From Glaucostegus cemiculus (lineage: Eukaryota): DNA of 64,000 nucleotides. Shown here piece by piece: positions 13,035 through 25,650 of this stretch (within the stretch, counting starts at the first letter, position 1; the number at the start of each line of letters is the position of its first letter). The stretch is taken from positions 3,100,001-3,164,000 of the forward strand of contig CDPCPM010000151.1 of the NCBI GenBank assembly GCA_976551045.1. Direction: 5' to 3'. The notes under the pieces are model-generated. The model saw only the letters and a list, made by a program, of their open reading frames with translations, did not search any database and was not told where the DNA came from. Made by a program: the position numbers and the translations under genes.

Positions 13035-13293
13035 ATTTTTTTTTAGGTTTTTTTACTTACAGCGTGGTAACAGGCCCTTTTGGCCCAACGAGTCCACGCC
13101 ACCCATTTTAAACCCCAAATTAACCTACCCGTACGTCTTTTTTTTAGAATGTGGGAGGAAACCGGAGCACCCGGAGGAAACCCACGCAGACACGGGAGAA
13201 CGTACAAACTCCTTACAGTCAGCGACAGGAATTGAACCCTGATCACTGGCGCTGTAACATCGTCGTGCTAACCGCTACGTTATCGTGCCGCCC
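13035..13293 (-). mobile_element. Young V-SINE with CR1-type tail
   Basis: Full head, V domain and tail, with many CpGs retained. Confidence 0.92.
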
Positions 13294-13862
13294 ACAAACA
13301 TTTTAACAACTTCTATTAAGTCACCCTTCAACCTCCTGCACTCTAGGAAAACAAACCCAGGCTATCCAATCTCTCTCCATAACTAAGGTCCTTCAATCCA
13401 GGCAACATCCTGGTGAATCTCCTCTGCACTCTCCCCAGTGCAATCACATCCTTCCTTGTAGTGACCAGGACTGCACGCAATACTCCAAAACTGGTCTAAC
13501 CAGTATTTTGTAGAGTTGCAACATAATGTCCCAATTCTTATTTTCCATGCCCTGACTTATAAAGGCTAGTATTCCATATATCTTCTTCACTACTCTATCA
13601 ACTTGTGTTGCCACTTTCAGCAAACTATGGCCTTCAACCCCTGGACCTCCCTGTTCATCAACATTACTTAATGTATATGTCCTAACCCATCCAACTTCCC
13701 AAAATGCATCATTTTGCACTTGTTGGGATTAAATTCCATCTGCCAACATATGGCCAACTTTCTAGTTGACCTATGTCCTGCTCTAATCTTAGACAACCTT
13801 CCTCATTATCCACAACATCACCAATGTTTGTGTCATCTGCATACTTACTAATCATACCTCCT

Positions 13863-14160
13863 GGGCAGGCACAGTAGTGTATCATTAGCATAACACTATT
13901 GCAGTGCCAGCAACCTGTGTTCAATTCCCACCTCTGCAAGGAGTTCCATATATTCTCCCTGGGTGTCTGCGTGGGTTTCCTCCGGGTGCTCCGGTTTCTT
14001 CCCACATTCTAAAGACATATGGGTTAGAAAGTTGTGGGCATGCTACATTAGTGCTGGAAGCATGGTGAACTTGCAGGCTGCCCCCAGAATATCCTACACA
14101 AAAGATGTATTTCACTGTTTGTTTCGATGTACATGTGACTAATAAAGGTATCTTATCTTA
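13863..14160 (+). mobile_element. V-SINE with Rex1-like tail ending in (ATCTT)n
   Basis: Same head and V domain as 4476, then gttgtgggcatgct...tttcactgtttgtttcgatgtacatgtgactaataaag..tatcttatctta. Confidence 0.92.
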
Positions 14161-14469
14161 CATTCACAACCAGGTCATTAGTATAAATCACAGACAGCAA
14201 AGCTTCCAGCACTGATCCCTGTGGTACACCATTGGTCACAGACTCGATCATCCTTCCACCACTATCCCCACTTGCCCCCCACCCCCAGCCATCCTATCAC
14301 CAAGCTAATGTTGGATCCTATGTGCCTTAACCTTCTGGACCAGCCTACCATTCAGGATTTGTCAAATGCCTTACTAAAGTCCATGTAGACAACATCTAAC
14401 CCCTTTCATTCATAAATTACCTTTGTTCTATCAAGGATATATATAATCCAAGATCCCAAGACGTTATTT

Positions 14470-14725
14470 AAATTATGAGGGAATTGGGATTATTGGAAGA
14501 GGTTCTCCTCATGCCCTTGCCCTTAATTTTCACTTGAACAACCCAATTAAAACACATTATCTGGCTACTTATCTCACTGTTTGAGAGTCCCTTTTTCTAC
14601 ACATAATGGGAACTATGTTTCCTGCACAACAATGACTATATTTCAAATACAATTAATTAGCTACATGCTACTCCAAGACATCTAGAAGGCATGGAAAGTG
14701 TCATAAATATATTAGCATTTTTCCT
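14470..14725 (+). mobile_element. Old Deu-domain SINE remnant
   Basis: attatctggctacttatctcactgttt...atgtttcctgcacaacaatgactata matches the other copies. Confidence 0.5.
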
Positions 14726-15019
14726 TGTTTTATGCTTCAACAAGCAATTGGAAAATTTATTCTTGTACATCTTTCTGCAATTTGGTTTTGAGAAATTCAA
14801 TTTGGAGGATGTTTCTCTTCATGAAAATATATTTTATTCATAAAACTTAACTATAGAACATTGTGCATTCACCATATACAGTATATCATTCCATTTGCTT
14901 ACAAGATTTACATGGCATCAGCATGATGTTTATTTTTCTTTCACATACATTCATGGGTAATGTTCAAGAGGCTTTGACAAAGGTTCTAAACTTTTAATGT
15001 GCTAAAGCAGGAAGAGCTA

Positions 15020-15740
15020 AAGCTGTGGCTTTTCCCCATAGAATCTCTGCATTGACTGCATCAGGTCATAGATCTGTACCTTGGAATGCACCAATCTGCA
15101 AAATTCAGCTCTGAACATCTCTTTACACTGGAAGACTAGCAGGTTATGGAGACCAGACGAAGTCTTTCACCAAGTTGATAATTTTCCAGCAGAGGGTTAT
15201 GTTTATCCCATTGCATATGCCAATTGACAGGGTGGGGCTTCTCACCACTAGCCAAACAAGGTTCCACCAGATCCTTTTCCTGCAGAGTCTTGAAGTCATT
15301 TTATGCAGACCACTGCCTGATTAACGTGTTGAAATGCCTTCTTCTGAAAAAGTTTTTTTTTATTGATGGACAGATGGTTGGGCATAGTCCTTCTAAATAA
15401 AATGCTCTGCACCAACATGGCCATATCCATCCTTCCTCACACCATTAGCAGACCAAATCTCAGCATGTAGTGACACTTGGTTTTTGCATATCCAGTAGTA
15501 CACACTGCTTACTGCAGCCAAACACAAAGGTAGACATTGGCAAGAAGCCACATTAGAATTTTCTTCCTGTTCTCTGGAGATTTGCACACCTCAGCTCAAT
15601 GGACACAATCCATTTTTTGATCTCCAGGTGAAATGGGAGATGGCTCAGGTGACTGCTCAATGCAGGAGAGGGCAATAGGCCACACCAACACAACATACAG
15701 TAACACAGACCATGCCTCACATCTGATGACTGAGTTGTTT
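15020..15740 (-). mobile_element. Tx1-like LINE ORF2 C-terminal remnant
   Basis: Minus-strand pieces CWKIINLVKDFVWS..NLLVFQCKEM..CRLVHSKVQ..LWGKAT and TFVFGC..YAKTKCHYML; many stops and frameshifts. Confidence 0.7.
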
Positions 15741-16744
15741 CCCCTAGTAAAGAGGGAGCATATTCTCATAATCCAGTTTCTATTTCACCTTGGCTAAATG
15801 TTCCTTACTGTACCTGACAATAAATAGTCATGGAACAGATTAACCTCATTTCATCCAGCATAGCAGAGCAGGATCTAATTACAGTAACAAAGCATTATGT
15901 GCATGGTAACATCAGTCCCAGGTGCATGTTGCTCATTCTTTTTTGTTGACATAAAATATTTAATTCCAAAATTGCTTCCTTTGTTGTGTACAAGAAGGAA
16001 CTCATTTCCCAGAGAATTTAGCAAAGGGACACTTCTGTAAGAAAACAATCAATCATCAACATGTTTTTTTCTAGATTCTGTCTAAGATAGTGGGTTTACT
16101 CAAAAACAGGCAGCAGAGCAGAATTGCCCAGATTGTTCAACCTTGAAACACAGAATGACATATGCAGATAATGCATTGAAATCCTTATGGGAACCCTGGC
16201 TGAAATTGTGGCTATTTAAAATTTCTTTCTCACACGGCTGCGTAATCACTGTCTCACAACACAAGACTTTATGCTGCCTCCTTTTTCATTAATACAGAGG
16301 ATGTTGTTACCATGGTTCTGTTGCTTCTGTGCACACTGTTCTTTCCATGTGGGGATTATATCAATGACTGGCAATGTCTCAAATTGATTACATATCTTGT
16401 CATTGGAACTTGCTCTTCTAATACCTTTGTGGTTGGTTTGTGTAGCCTGCTGATAGTGCAGAGACAGCCCTCCAGTGCTTCATGTTCTCTCAACAGTTAG
16501 GTTACACCTGTGGTCTCAGGCTGCATTCATTTATTTCAAACGGGTTAGCATCTCTGTTTAGATTACATAAGAAGAAATTTGATCGAAGCACATTAAGCAT
16601 TCACATTCCAATGTGGCATAGGGCAATTTCACTCCCTGTGACCCAGTCTGCTGTGTCATTTAGAGATTTTGTCAGATGCACCATGCTGTGCTTTCTCAGA
16701 GAAATTATGATTTGAAATGGATTGCTTGAAGCAGTCCGACTCAC

Positions 16745-16777
16745 TTCTTGTTGTGGAACCCTGACTACTTTGATTTT
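16745..16777 (-). CDS. Candidate 33-nt microexon (unconfirmed)
   Basis: Minus strand tcttctgtctctttcAG|aaaatcaaagtagtcagggttccacaacaagaa|GTgagt; length is a multiple of 3 and two frames are open. Confidence 0.2.
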
Positions 16778-17493
16778 CTGAAAGAGACAGAAGATATCCA
16801 GGGGCACATTGGCACTGCAGATACCGATTGTTACTCTGGAACCTAGAGCTGTGTGATCTTCCCACACACGGAGATGGAAATGAACGTTCCTTTAAAACTG
16901 TAGACTTGTACATTGTCAGTAAATCTAAATATTCAGATGCAACAGGACTGAGCCAAATTCTCACATGAAGTGTTGGGTGGAAATCATGATAGATTGCCAG
17001 AGAGTTTTCAAGGTTACTAGATTTTTATACATCCATTTTCAGACTTTTCTATTTGTTGACTATTCACGTTTTACCTTCTACATCTATTAACAAAAACACA
17101 TTTCCTGCCACAATAGCATTGCCTGCCTTTGGTTTAGTGTCTTTAGGAAGTCAGAGCAGGAAGTTACATATATAAATTATATAAAGATTTCCAGCATGCC
17201 CATGGTAAGTAATATGGTAATACTTACCAAGAGAATTTTATACTTTTAATAATTGCAGATTATTGGAAGAAAGTTACAGAGGCCTTTGGAGAATGTCAGT
17301 ATTTGCAAGTTACCTACACATTAAAATCTAGTAGGGATTACCTTAAAGTACTGTGGAGTTTCAGGTAATGTGATTATTTGAAGTCATTATGATCCAGGCA
17401 GCTACATAAAACTAGAGCCTGTTTAAGAGTGAAACAGAGTTGACAGGCCTTGGGCATTGTATATAAGAGTTCCTTTAAGAAGCATGTACCACT

Positions 17494-17597
17494 TGGTCTT
17501 GAAGAAGGGCCCTGACCCGAAATATTGACCACCTGCTTTTCTCCACAAATGCTGTCTGGCCTGCTGAGTTCCTTCAGAATCACTGTGTTTTTCATGT
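17494..17597 (+). ncRNA. Hammerhead-bearing Penelope-like repeat (copy C)
   Basis: TGGTC-TTGAAGA-AGGGCCCTGACCC-GAAA-TA-TT-GACCA (17494-17531) with a perfect 5-bp stem I, then the family tail. Confidence 0.72.
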
Positions 17598-17843
17598 ACT
17601 ATTTGGTATGAGGTTGATGCATTGTTGCACCAGATATTGCTGACCAGCTGAGATTTACTGCCTTCAATAAAGGGTGTTCTCTTGATGACTCAACCTTTGT
17701 TTTTTGTTTATGCAAACAACACCAAAGAGCCCGCGTGCACTGTAGATATCTACCTGACTCCTCTTTGCAACCTTGATAGGGGAAACCAGAACTTTGTCTA
17801 CACATGTCCAGGGCTCAGCTTACAAGATCCAAACATGAAATTT

Positions 17844-17942
17844 AGTCCTGTTGCAAGGCTTCGACCCAAAACATCAATAATTCCTTTCCCCCCACAGATG
17901 CTGCTTGACCCACTGAGATCCTCCAGCAGATTGTTTGATGCA
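17844..17942 (+). mobile_element. Hammerhead-bearing repeat, core degenerate (copy D)
   Basis: AGTC-CTGTTGC-AAGGCTTCGACCC-AAAA-CA-TC then ccacagatgctgcttgacccactgag. Confidence 0.62.
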
Positions 17943-19539
17943 ACATAATTAAACCACTGTTTTTAAAATTACACCATTTGATGCTAGAGGATAAACCTTA
18001 AGAACATTTGTTAGGAATTCCATTTTTGTCCATTTAATGGAGTAAAATGGTTGTCAAAATATTTTATGGCATTAATTTAGGGTCTTTCAGAGCTTGGGCA
18101 TTTCTATGTACCTTTGTTAACTGATTACTCCAGCAGCATCTTAGAATCACTAAATAAGCTTCTCAGAGATAGTGAAATATTAATATTCATAACATGCCTG
18201 TAGCTTTTACCAGGATTAACAAGATTAAAATTGTGGCTCCAAAAATTCCATATTTTTTTCAGACGATTTCATACTCATATTGCTTGATGACATTTGTGTC
18301 AGTGTAAAGCTGAACCTACAAAATGTGGGAAGGTTTTAAAAATTCAGACTACTTGCTGGTGGTTTTGTCTCCATCTTTTCACATTAGTATGACGCAAAAT
18401 TATTTTCTGTTCAACAAATTACAAGCATAAACTTTCTTGTGAATGAAAGAATCACTTGTTTTTCCTGATTAGTAATTTTTGAATGTGTATTGTTTTTGCT
18501 GTTTGAGCAGCCTGCATGTGCCATATAATTATCATCAGTATTGCAGGTTAACTAGTTAAAGTATCCTGCCCAAAGCAATCACAGGATCATTGAATTTACA
18601 ACATAGAAAAGCTCTGCATATGTTAACTCTGAAAAAGCTATCTGTTTAGTCCCATTAAGAAAAAAGTCATCCATATCCCTTTTAAAAATAATAATCTATT
18701 TATCTTCATTCATTTGTCAGGTATTGTACATTCTACCAACATGCTACCTGAAAGAATCTTCTAACATTGTATTTGGTAGTTATTTTGAATTTATGTTAAG
18801 TCACTAATTAATAATTTCTTTCTATATCACTTTATCAAGAACCCTCACAGTAATAAATGCTCCATTAGGTCACTCAATTTTCTTCCCTCTCAGGAAAAGT
18901 GCCTCAGAAGAAAATGATACTCATTTGCATGTTAAAGAGGACTCTTGGGGCAAGGTTCTACCAGAATCTCTTCAAAAGGATACCTCAGAGTGCTTTGACT
19001 TGACAAGGTGAAATATGATTTCAACATGGTGCAGTGCTGAGACAAGAAAATAGAAATGAAATCTCAATCAATCTAGCCAAATGCTTACCCGAAACACTGA
19101 ACACAGAGGATGATTCACCAAAGATATTAGCCTGGATTTTGGGGCTCACTCTGTTGTACTTTCACTTATGCATTATTATTTGTCATTAGTGTCAAAATAG
19201 TCCAACTCCTTCCAAGAGAAATCTTGGACCATTTAAATTCATTGGCATGATTCTCAACCAATCAAATTCAAAAGCTCTTCCTGAGAAATTCAGGGTCTTG
19301 TTAATTATAGTATTTAATTCAATGTGAAATTTGTAAGATAAACAGAGGGAATGAGAAAGGAAAATAAAAGAGAAAGTTTAAAGAACTGTCCTAGTTTATC
19401 AATGTTTAAAAAAATCTTCAACAATAATTAGATACTGGAGAAATGAGACTCCACACTTATGAAAGTTAAATTTCAAAGACTGATAGGTAGTTTGACAGTA
19501 ATTAAGCCACAACAAGATGATAAAAATTCACTTGTGATT

Positions 19540-20910
19540 CCGTCTTGCCACGTGATCTGGGTGAAGTCATCAGAGACAAAGAGGGAGTCAACATCTACTG
19601 GAAGAACACATTGAAGACCTTCTTAACCACATCTCACTCCTTGATGCAAGTTCCCTGGATTCCATCCCACAGCAACCTATTTCATTCAGCCTTGCTGCTA
19701 CCTTGGCAGACAAGAGTCAAGGTGGCCATAGTCCAGCTCAAAAGTAACAGTGCCCAGAAGCAGATGGTATCCACTGAAATCCTAAATCTCGGCAGTGAAG
19801 AGCTTCTGTTCCAAATCCACAATCTCATTGCTCACATCTGAGGAATATTTTGCAGGCAACCTCAGAGGTACCATAACTGTGACTACCCTCAAACAAGGAG
19901 ACAAGTCTACCGGTGGTACAGAAAAAGTCATTGCTTGGATTCTCCTCTTCTGCTTCTTCCTGTGGGTGTGAAGCGAATCTTCAGCGGTATTGGGAAACTG
20001 CTCAACCTCTGACAATTCTGCTCCAACATCAGGGTCACCTGGACCTCAGCAGTCGAACTGCAATAGGCAGATGACATTTATACTTGCACACATTAGTAGG
20101 GCAATTTCCAGGACATTGTCAAATCATTTATCAAAGCATATGAAAGAATGGACCTTACCCCCAACATTTGCAAGGTTGGGATCCTCTGTCCACCTCCCCC
20201 TGATGTTATACACTGCCATCCAATTGTAAAGGTCAATGATAAGACCCTGAGAAATGTGGATGACTTTTCATATCTTGGAAGCCACCTCTCAGTGAAGGCA
20301 AACTTTAATAATAAAATTCACCACCATCTACAATGCACCAGAACATCCTTTTGTCAATGGAAGAAAAGAGTATTTGCAGATCAAGACCTTAGATGTGGCA
20401 CAGAACTGTTGGTCTACTAGGCAGCAATGATCCCTACCCTTCTATATGTGACTGACACCTGGACTGCCTATTGCAGCCATCTCAAGGCAGTGGAAGAAAA
20501 ATGCTGTTTCCATAAAATCCTCCAGGATAAGCAAACCAATATCAGCGTCCTTTCCCAAGCTAACGTCTCCAGTACTGAGGCCTTAGTTACTGTCAGTCAG
20601 TTATGTTGGGCAGGTCACTCTATCCATATGCCCGACACCAGACTCCTGAAACAGACGCTCTGTTCTGAGCTCTGTTGTGGGAGGAGATTACGAAGTGGAC
20701 AGAGAAAAAGATTCAAGGATGTGCTCAAAGCTTTAGTTTAGAAGTGCAACATCCCCGCTGACTCAGAAGAACCTCTGGCCCATGATCGCTCAAACTGGAA
20801 AAGGAGCATTCAGGGTGGTATTGAGAACCTTGAGGTCATATATAACTCATAGAAGCAGCACAGCACCTCACAGAGTACCTGCTCACTGCCCTGTCAACCA
20901 CTACCCGTCC
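19540..20910 (+). mobile_element. RTE-clade LINE, decayed
   Basis: FSYLGSHLS..IHHHLQC and LCWAGHSIHMPDTRLLKQTLCSELCCGRRLRSGQRKRFKDVLK, a typical RTE C-terminus. Confidence 0.85.
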
Positions 20911-20989
20911 ATGAGAAAATAGTAGTTGCTGTCCATTTCACTCCTTAATAACTGCGAGAACGAGTAGCTTCACCATTATCCTTACTAAA

Positions 20990-21395
20990 TTGGTAAATTG
21001 GTTTATTATTCTAACATGTACTGAGGCACAGTGAAAAACTTTGTTTTGCATGTCATCCAAATGGGCCATTTTATCATAACAGTGCAATGAGGTAGTACAA
21101 AAGAAAACAATAACAGAATGCAGAATGAAGTGTTACAGTTACAGAGAAAGTGCAGTACAGACAAACAATAAGGTACTAGGCCATAATAAGGTAGATCGTG
21201 AGGTTAAGAGTCCATTCTTATCATACTTGGGGACTGTTCAATAGTCTCATAACTCTGGGATAGAAGTTGTCCTTGAGCCTGGTGATATGTACTTTCAGTC
21301 TTTTGTATCTTCTGCCTGATGGGAAAGGGGGGAAGAGAGAATGTCCTGGGTGGGTGGGGTCTTTGGTTATGTTGGCAGGGAGAAGTGTAGACAGT
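20990..21395 (-). mobile_element. Rex1-type LINE 3' end
   Basis: Reverse complement of the 3' end seen at 35355-35880 (ggtttattatt..acatgtac..cacagtgaaaaactttg). Confidence 0.8.
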
Positions 21396-24329
21396 TCCTG
21401 TTGGCTAAATTGTGACTACTACAATATCCAGGAAAGAAGTTATTAGCAAAGATGAAGTATAAGATTTTCTAATCTGTTGAGTTTCCTGGACATAGAAAGG
21501 AATGAATATGAACATGCAACCCTATTATGTCTCAATAGTTTAACAAAAGTTGGTTCCTGAGTTAGTGTTGCCAAAAGGATTTCAAGTTATTATCTCTTGT
21601 GCCATTATGACCAGGTCAGTATTATCCATTCAATGAGAGAAAGTTATTCAATATCCTTCCCAGGGAGATCAAATCGAATATTTAAACAGGAAGTCCTTAG
21701 TTCTTCCCATTTTTATTGATCTCTATATATGTGATATTAGTCTTTCATATTATATAATAGCCTTCCACTATTAAAACACAGCCTAACAAAGTGGATTGCA
21801 TTTTAGATATCTATTAAGTTTGTTTTTTTTAAATTTCTTATTCTGTTTTCCTCCTGTTTCATGATCAAAAACCAATTACTAAATAACACATGATGACAAA
21901 GCACTTGGTTTAATTGTGGCAACAGACTGAAGGAAGGTTTGGGCTGGTAAATACTCTGGAGCCAAATCTAGTGAAAAATCAGCTATGAATAGCAAGTTAA
22001 CATGGTGCTACAGTGAATCTACTACCATAATCAGCAATCAAAATACTTGATTCCATACCCTCAAATCCCCATCCCCACCACCACCAATCCCCTCTGCATG
22101 AAAGCAGTATGTCTTTCTTGTTCGCTAAATTGTAAGGTGAGATTGACAGTGGCAGGCAGAAAAAATTCCAAGGTCTAAGTTGCTCTCACATTTTTAGTAA
22201 AAGACATGGGAATGAATAAGCCATGTCTAAAATGAAAAGGAAGAAATGAGCCCTTATATTGCAGGTATATACTGGAAGGTGATGATATGTGTCTTCTCAT
22301 ATGACTGTTCTTAATACAGCATCAGCAATGCTTTGCACATATTTCTTATGAGTTTGAGTATGTTTCCATGGTAAATATATATTAAGGCCTTGGAATGTTA
22401 GATTAAACTGTTGATCCTGTCTTTTTGCTACTAGTTTTACCAATTCTGGTTGCAGCATTGTTAGTCTGACCTTGCATGCTGTAAATGTAACTTGCAGAAC
22501 AGGAAAGAATTTGTTCTTAATGAATATAGTGGGAAAAAATAAAACAGGCTGTAACACTCCTGACTTCCGAAGGAAGGTGATCATTAAGGCAGGTTTCATT
22601 CTGTCTCCACAGGGAACACACACTGATCTTTCAGAAGAATTGAGAGCAGAAAAAGGTGACAGTATGTTCGTCAAGTACAATCAGAAAATAAATTGTTTTG
22701 GGCAAACTGAATGTCATTTTGGTTGTGAGAATTCCCAATTCGACTTGCAGACAATTACACTTCTCATTGCTTATTGGACAACTTTTCCCATGAAGTGCAA
22801 ACATTGCAGAAACCCTTCCAGCTAGGCACAGCGCACCATGTCAGTTCTGACTCCTGCACTTGAGCCAATTAATTTCCATTACAGGGTGTAGTTTCAGACG
22901 ATGGCAGATGCAATTAGAGTTTAAAACTGGGGATATAATGTAAGGAGGACATTCCAGCATAAAGGGAATACATTTTTATTTATATTTGTTAATAGTGCTG
23001 CTGGGAGAGAACAATGTAAGTGAAAGAGGTAATTACACTATATTATTAATTATCAATAATATTAGTGGCAAATAGTGTAGCCTCAAATTACCTTTTAGAA
23101 GGATGTTTTCCAATTCCCCGACAAGTTATTAATTTCTGCTATCAGTTTAATCCCATGTCAAGTGCCTATTCAATCCTTTCTGTTAGCAGGAAGATTCGAA
23201 AGGATAGTGATGAATTTGATGTGCTGAAAACAACACGACGGAAACAAAGGCTGACATCATCTGCCTGACCTCCTAGTCTAGTAATGGTATGTACAAGAGG
23301 AAAGAAGCTTGTTTTTGGTTGCTAACACTAAACACTAATGAGAGGATCAGTCAAAAGCTGACTTCCACTGACTCCACTGAGACCAACGTTAGATAGTGAG
23401 TTCCACCAAGAACTGTTTCACTCGCATGCATTCAACACTAAGGGTAAGGTTCTCCTCAACTAGTTGAAAACATATAGAAAAATTCCTTTTCCACTTTGTT
23501 CAACTTCATCCCATGGAACACCATTTTAAGTATTTTGCCTTTATTTTCCATATAGTAAAAAAGTTCATAAGACAATGTGAATGGAACAGTGATAGATGGA
23601 AAAGTATTTTACAGCATGCTCTCTGAGTGTCAGCTTGGTTTAATTTAAATAGGCATTAGTGGGCATGACCCCTCCGCCACCCAGACCTGCAACATAAGAT
23701 GATAGCAGGTTCCTGGGGCATGAATCATCTGTAGTATGTGTTTTTTTTGTCTCCAACATTTTTCCAGAGCATTCATTGGCACTGTCTTTTGACTAAAAGA
23801 CCTCCCTCCATCATGACCTTTACCCTGTATTTTTGGATGACCCAGAAGGAAGGCATGATAAACAAAAGGGCAGAAGGAAGAGAGGCCAATACTTTTCCAT
23901 TGCAGATGCTCCTCAGTTGGATCAGGTTAAGGAGTGATCACCTACTGGGTTTGTAGGAATGAGGCCACTCAAAGCAGTCACAAGAGCCAAGCAGAAGAAG
24001 ACATAAACTATAAACATCTTGTTTACTTCATGTTGAATCATTAGCAGAGATGAACAATGCACATTTGGTATGGAAGTGTCTTTACAAAAATTTCAACCTA
24101 AATTTCACGGGACTATCATCATAAGATCAGGACTCCAAACAATTAGGCTGCCTAGGCTTCCTGGGAAAGCATGAATCCTGGGACAGGAAAATATACCTTG
24201 AAGTACTTGGATTTTTTTTAATCTGTCAAAAAGCTTTCAAATTAATGCTTGTGGGATTTTAATTTTGCTGGAAATGCAATATCTATTACATTCCTGATGG
24301 ATTGGGAATCACAGTCCTGACTTATGTTT

Positions 24330-24990
24330 TGCAAATGGCAGAAAGCTTTGGGATATTGAGAGTATGAGTTCTTTGCCACAGGACACCCAGCCTCTGAGCT
24401 ATTTTTGCAGCCATACTATTTTCATGGCTTGTGCAGTCGTATTTCTGATCACTGTTGAACTTCAGGTAGGTGTTCAGTGATGGCAGTGCCATTCAACGTC
24501 AAGGATGGGGGCTGAGACTCTCTCTTACTTGAGATGATCTTTGCCTACAACCTGTCTGGTGAAACTGTTAACCATCACCCCAGACAATGTTTAAATGTTC
24601 TTAGGCATTGTTGCATGGCAGTATGGACTATTTTGTTAACTGAGGAGCTGCATGAGGAATCATCAGTGAATATCCCCACCTTATGATAAAGGGAAGGCAA
24701 AGCAAATGAAGATGATTGGGCCTCAGACACTGCACTAAGGAACTTCTGCTGTGAAGCCCTGGGGCTGAGAGGGTTATCCTCTAATAAGCCCAACTATCTT
24801 CTTCCAATAAACCCTATCACCTTTCTTTGTGTAACATACAATTCCATCTATTGCAGAGTCTTATCCTTAGTTCTTATTGACTTCAGCTACACTATGGCCT
24901 ATTATTTAAATACTACCTTGATGTCCAGGGCAGCCACCCTCAACTTGCCTCTGGCTGATGTTTGGGTTTGGACAAGGTTCTGGCAACATG
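24330..24990 (-). mobile_element. Old CR1-group LINE remnant
   Basis: Minus-strand RT remnant (VGIFTDD); related pieces at ~26280-26395, 32510-33170, 41620-41830 and 44190-45045. Confidence 0.55.
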
Positions 24991-25404
24991 TAGCTCTGAT
25001 TCTCCACTCTGTAGACCAGTCTACCAAAGAGTTCTACCTATATCTGCATGTAGTCACCCTCTCCCTAGGTGAAAGAGGCTAGAAATTCCCTCTTCGATAA
25101 TAGGCCTTAAGTAGCAGGTGAGAAGTGGGTCACCTTTATGAAAGGTGATTGTGGAGGGACACACAGTATTGATACTGATGATGACCTTATTTTGGCTTGC
25201 GCCACAGGCACCTTGCTCATTTCCATCTACCATGTCTCCATAACCACATGTTTTCAGTCACATGTTTTGGCTCAGACACATTCAGGACAAGTGAGGGAGG
25301 AAGGGGTAAATCTTGATAGTCAGCTAGAATACTGCAGTCCATAACTTGTAGAGCACCAGGATACCAGAGGAGTGGGAATTTAAAAAGAACTTGTTACCTC
25401 TCCA

Positions 25405-25525
25405 GCAGAGGACATGGAAATACCAACTGTCATCATTTCAGGTCGAAACCCTGTGCCAGTATATATCCAGCAGTTCCTCCAGCAGACTGTTTGTTGCTCC
25501 AGATTCCAGCATCTACAGTCTCTTG
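25405..25525. mobile_element. Hammerhead-bearing repeat, inverted arrangement, degenerate (copy E)
   Basis: Minus-strand CTGGCAC-AGGGTTTCGACCT-GAAA abutting a plus-strand family tail (gttcctccagcagactgtttgttgctccagattccagcatc). Confidence 0.6.
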
Positions 25526-25650
25526 CATTCTTCATTCTGTTTTAATTTTCACTACCTTGATGTACTTATGTAAGGAATGATCTGTCTAGATGGCCCACAA
25601 ACAAAAGCTTCTCACAGTATCTTGACACATGACAAATATAAACCAATTGC
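25526..25650 (+). mobile_element. Rex1-type 3' UTR remnant
   Basis: Similar to 35755-35875 (tgatctgtctagatggc..caaacaaaagcttctcacagtatc). Confidence 0.6.

Larger units (their letters stand above)
12253..14410 (-). mobile_element. CR1 LINE (RT to 3' tail) split by three insertions
   Basis: Tail at 12253-12327. ORFs give ADIWNKLPEEVV, LYKILVRPVLEYCVQSWS and SKYADDTNIG. Interrupted at 12328-12817, 13035-13293 and 13863-14160. Confidence 0.9.
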
